35,384 nucleotides of DNA, from positions 1 through 35,384 of the forward strand of contig DAITPV010000002.1 of the NCBI GenBank assembly GCA_036833435.1, read 5' to 3'. A program made the translations under genes and the position numbers. The stretch comes from Actinomycetota bacterium. GTDB lineage: Bacteria > Actinomycetota > UBA4738 > CALAEC01. This document shows positions 32,216-35,384 of this stretch, in pieces. The notes beneath the pieces are model-generated. The model saw nothing but the letters and a program-made list of their open reading frames with translations, was not told where the DNA came from and searched no databases. The stretch's first letter is position 1. Each line of letters starts with the position of its first letter.

Positions 32216-32527
32216 ATGCCGGTAGGCCGCGTCCGAGAAGGGAACACCGATCCGGGTGACCTCGCGTACATTCGAGTGGAACTGGCAGCTACGTGTCCCT
32301 GGCCGCGTTGCTGGGAGCGCGCAGCTGGTCAGGATCCGGCACCAGCGCTGTGCTGGTGGCACCTCCTCGAGGTTCGGCCGGCCGAGCAATGCGCGTGGCC
32401 GGGGTGTGCTTCTGCTCCGATCGGCCTCTTCTGCTACCCCCACGACAAGCTCGTCTGTGGGCTGATCGATCCGGCCGGTCACGATCCGCTCCGCCTGCGT
32501 GTACTGGCGAGCCTTCCGATCGGATGA
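32216..32527 (+). CDS. Cys/His/Trp-rich small protein (putative zinc-binding)
   Basis: 103 aa with repeated C-W-P-x-C-like units (CPWPRCW, CWWH, CAWPGC, CYPH). Confidence 0.45.
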   Translation: MPVGRVREGNTDPGDLAYIRVELAATCPWPRCWERAAGQDPAPALCWWHLLEVRPAEQCAWPGCASAPIGLFCYPHDKLVCGLIDPAGHDPLRLRVLASLPIG

Positions 32528-32673
32528 CCAATGACGCCGCGACCACCGTTCGATGCCCCGAATGCGGGGCCACCCGCGATGTCCTCGTCAACCTGGCGGT
32601 GCACTGCGAAGCAGACGGAACGCTCATGGAGCCCACCGAGCAGGGTTGGGGGTGGTCGGATGCGCCGCTGTAA
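32524..32673 (+). CDS. small zinc-ribbon-like protein (49 aa)
   Basis: ATGA overlap with the upstream stop. CPECG...HC. Confidence 0.35.
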   Translation: MTNDAATTVRCPECGATRDVLVNLAVHCEADGTLMEPTEQGWGWSDAPL

Positions 32674-32784
32674 GCCTCCCTGTGCCGCTCGAACCTCTGT
32701 TCGGGTCCCCTGGTCCACAGAACCCCCCCACCGCAGCCGTAGCTCCGACCCTGCAGCAAAGAACGCTATCCCAGGGGCTGCCCG

Positions 32785-35133
32785 GTGCCGCTGAGCGGAG
32801 GGATCGCGGCGGCGGTGGGGGGAGCCGCCGGCGGCGACATCCTGATCCGTCTGCTCCTGGACGGGAAGCAGTACCAAGCCGGCCTGGCGGCAGCTCGCGC
32901 CCAGGCCCAGGGGTTCTCCAGCCGGATGATCTCGGCCGGCCGGACCATGCAGTCGGTCGGTTCCACCATGACCCGCCGGTTCACCCTTCCGCTCGTCCTG
33001 GCCGGCGGGGCGGCCGTGAAGCTCGCCGTCGACTTCAACGAGTCGATGACCCACATCAAGGCCCTGGTCGGGGCGAGCGACGCCCAGATCTCCAGGTACC
33101 ACGACACGATCCTCGACATGGCGGGGGCCGTGGGGAAGTCCCCGCAGGAGCTTGCCGAGGCCCTGTACTTCGTCACCTCGGCGGGGTTCTCAGGGGCCAA
33201 GGCTCTCGACGTACTGGACGCGTCCGCCAGAGCTTCGGCGGCCGGCCTCGGCGAGACCATGACGGTGGCCGATGCGGTCACCTCCGCCGTGAACGCCTAT
33301 GGCGAGAAGGTGCTGTCGGCGGAGCAGGCCACCGACATCCTTCTAGCCACCGTCCGGGAGGGCAAGGCCGAGCCTGAGGAGCTGGCCGGCTCCATCGGCC
33401 GCGTGATCCCGGTCGCCTCCGACCTGGGGGTGTCCTTCGACGAGGTCGGAGCTGCCCTCGCCGGCATGACGCTGTCGGGGTTCAACGCCGCGGAGGCAGC
33501 CACCAACCTGGGCGGGATCTTCTCCTCGCTCCTGAAGCCGACCACCAAGGGTGACGAAGTGCTGAAGTCTCTCGGCCTGACCCTCGACGACGTCCGGGCG
33601 ATGGTCGAGGACGAGGGCCTGTTCCCCGCGTTGATGATGCTGCGCGAGGAGCTGGGCAACGACAAGGAGGCCATGGCCTCCTTGTTCCCGAATGTGCGGG
33701 CGCTGCGAGGTTTCCTGAACCTGACCGGGGCATCGGCGGAGAAGAACGCCGGCGTGTTCCGCGATCTCAGCGGAGCGGTCGGCGACACCGACAAGGCGTT
33801 CCAGGACATCCAGGAGGATCCGGCTCACAAGTTCCGGGAGGCCTGGTCCGACGTGCAGGCCACCATGATCGAGGCGGGCGAGAAGATCCTGCCCGTCGTC
33901 ACGAAGATCATCGAGGAGGTCGGTGGCATCGTGGGCGCCTTCGGGAATCTAGACGAGGGCACCCAGGAGTTCATCATCTGGGCTGGAGCCATCACCGCGG
34001 CAGCGGGGCCCGCCGTAAATCTGCTCGGGAACCTCCTTAGGATTGGCGGCCGCCTCGGCCGGATGAAGTTCCCGATCCCTGGTGGCACAGGCGGAGCCGG
34101 TGGGGGTGTCGGCGCCATTCCCTTCCTTGCAACCGGCCCGGGGGGACTCGCGATAGCCACCACGCTGACTGCGGTCACGGCAGGCATCTACAACATCGGC
34201 CAGGCCGCTCAAGACAAGACGCAGTTCATCAACGCGATGTCTCAAGCTCTCCTCGCGGGACACATGAACACAAGACAGCTCCGCGAGGAGCTCATGAGGA
34301 TGCGAATGACGGAGGGCCCGATCCGTGGGCTGTACGACCAGGTCGCCCTGATGGACAACATCGTGGCTCAAGCGAACGTCTCCATCCTCGATCAGTCCCG
34401 CAACCTGCGCCGGCTGGGGATCGAGCTCACCGATGCTGAGCTGGCCGCCTACCAGAACTACGTCGTCCAGGGCGACCTGTACGGCCAGATGGTCGTTCTG
34501 AACGGCGCACTTCAGCGAGGACTCGGCCCCCTCAACAACCTCGTTGGTTCGCATCGCTCCGCCGCCGCGGCAGCAGCCGACCACGCCCAGAAGGTTCAGG
34601 GCCTCGGTGCGGCCATGCGGAACGTCCCCGACGCGAGCCCGAAGATCAACTTCCCCAGCATCGACGACGACCTCGCCAAGCTTGGGCGCCTCCGTGGGGA
34701 GCTCAACACCCTCGACGGCCAGAAGGCCACGATCACCGTCCACACCAACTACACCCGCTCCGGCACTCCGCCCGGAGGTATCCCCGGTGGCACACCCGGC
34801 GGGGCGGGAGGCCACCAGGCCCAACACGGGTGGCACGGCTGGGTGCACGGCCCGACGTGGTTCCTCACTGGTGAGGGTGGCCAGTCGGAGCGGGTGGACA
34901 TCTCGCCGAAGAACAGCGTGCACGGCCCGGTCGCGGGCGGGAAAGGAGCCGCGGCCGCGGCGCTGTCCCCTCTCAGGTTCTCTGGAACCCTGACCGGCAA
35001 GCTGAGCACGCCCCTCGGCCTGGCCGACTTTGAGGGGATGGCGGAGCTGGCTGCCGAGGCCGTGGGCGCGGACGTCCTTAGCGCAGCGTCCAGCATGGTG
35101 GAGCAACAAGTCTGGGCTGGGATGCGGCGATGA
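32785..35133 (+). CDS. phage tail tape measure protein (TP901-family core region)
   Basis: 782-aa ORF. The N-terminal third (MTHIKALVGASDAQ...ILDMAGAVGKSPQELAEALYFVTSAGF...ATDILLATVREGKAEPEELAGSIGRV) matches the TMP core. Central Gly-rich hydrophobic segment and helical remainder. Confidence 0.8.
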   Translation: MPLSGGIAAAVGGAAGGDILIRLLLDGKQYQAGLAAARAQAQGFSSRMISAGRTMQSVGSTMTRRFTLPLVLAGGAAVKLAVDFNESMTHIKALVGASDAQISRYHDTILDMAGAVGKSPQELAEALYFVTSAGFSGAKALDVLDASARASAAGLGETMTVADAVTSAVNAYGEKVLSAEQATDILLATVREGKAEPEELAGSIGRVIPVASDLGVSFDEVGAALAGMTLSGFNAAEAATNLGGIFSSLLKPTTKGDEVLKSLGLTLDDVRAMVEDEGLFPALMMLREELGNDKEAMASLFPNVRALRGFLNLTGASAEKNAGVFRDLSGAVGDTDKAFQDIQEDPAHKFREAWSDVQATMIEAGEKILPVVTKIIEEVGGIVGAFGNLDEGTQEFIIWAGAITAAAGPAVNLLGNLLRIGGRLGRMKFPIPGGTGGAGGGVGAIPFLATGPGGLAIATTLTAVTAGIYNIGQAAQDKTQFINAMSQALLAGHMNTRQLREELMRMRMTEGPIRGLYDQVALMDNIVAQANVSILDQSRNLRRLGIELTDAELAAYQNYVVQGDLYGQMVVLNGALQRGLGPLNNLVGSHRSAAAAAADHAQKVQGLGAAMRNVPDASPKINFPSIDDDLAKLGRLRGELNTLDGQKATITVHTNYTRSGTPPGGIPGGTPGGAGGHQAQHGWHGWVHGPTWFLTGEGGQSERVDISPKNSVHGPVAGGKGAAAAALSPLRFSGTLTGKLSTPLGLADFEGMAELAAEAVGADVLSAASSMVEQQVWAGMRR

Positions 35134-35134
35134 G

Positions 35135-35153
35135 TGCAACCCTCCTGCAACCC
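35135..35153 (+). repeat. pair of direct TGCAACCC repeats, 11-bp phasing (candidate arm-type sites, attR side)
   Basis: TGCAACCCtccTGCAACCC starts 2 nt after the TMP stop. The second copy pairs with CGGGTTGT (35165-35172) to form a hairpin. Confidence 0.55.
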
Positions 35154-35266
35154 GGACAGACGAACGGGTTGTCACGAGCCAGCACGAGACCGGGGGCCGT
35201 AACTCCAGACCCTCTGGTCGGGGTAACGCAGGAACACTGGATGGACGGAGTTACACGGACGGTCCA

Positions 35267-35314
35267 GGCCTCTTAAGCCCAAGGTTGCAGGTTCGAGTCC
35301 TGCGCGGCCCACGA
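35267..35314 (+). repeat. attR core: second copy of the 48-bp repeat (partial tRNA-Lys 3' end)
   Basis: Identical to 18139-18186. No tRNA 5' half lies upstream of it. Confidence 0.9.
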
Positions 35315-35384
35315 GAGTGTCGCTGGAGGAAGATCGGTTCAGTACCTGGAAGCCGGCCGGGAGCCGGCGACCAGGCCCAGGATC

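Larger units (their letters stand above)
18139..35314. mobile_element. integrated phage-related element (satellite-like or defective prophage) in tRNA-Lys
   Basis: Bounded by the 48-bp direct repeat. Contains a tyrosine integrase (IS-disrupted), cI/cro-like switch, Xis-like HTH genes, P4-type helicase, TerS, HK97 protease, TerL and a tape measure protein. Phased TGCAACCC repeats lie next to both ends. Confidence 0.85.

Overview
High-GC, Actinomycetota-like chromosomal segment (frequent GTG starts, 4-nt start/stop overlaps, apparently leaderless genes), annotated by eye only. Positions 1-18.1 kb look like ordinary chromosome. They carry clpX-clpP-tig on the minus strand, tRNA-Pro/Gly/Arg, a CPA2-type antiporter and a lipoprotein operon (beta-propeller protein plus CRTAC1/FG-GAP protein). 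They also carry a three-gene polar amino-acid ABC transporter, an orphan response regulator, a saccharopine-dehydrogenase-family enzyme, chrA flanked by two Sec-signal RTX-like calcium-binding proteins, and a tRNA-His/tRNA-Lys pair. Positions 18139-35314 are a ~17.2-kb phage-related element integrated into the 3' part of tRNA-Lys(CTT). It is bounded by a perfect 48-bp direct repeat (attL/attR), with phased TGCAACCC repeats next to both ends. The element has a tyrosine integrase, a cI/cro-type switch, Xis-like HTH genes, a P4-type helicase, TerS, an HK97-type prohead protease, TerL and a tape measure protein. I found no portal, major capsid, tail tube or lysis gene, so it looks more like a phage satellite or parasitic element than a complete prophage. 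Its integrase is split by a 2,462-bp IS1-family element (17-bp perfect terminal inverted repeats, 8-bp target duplication) that carries five passenger ORFs, including an RHH regulator with two matching operator palindromes. Candidate accessory or defence cargo includes an AbiTii-like gene at attL and a three-gene minus-strand cassette (TM protein, lipoprotein, small coiled-coil protein) inserted in the packaging module. All homology calls rest on motif recognition and need database confirmation.
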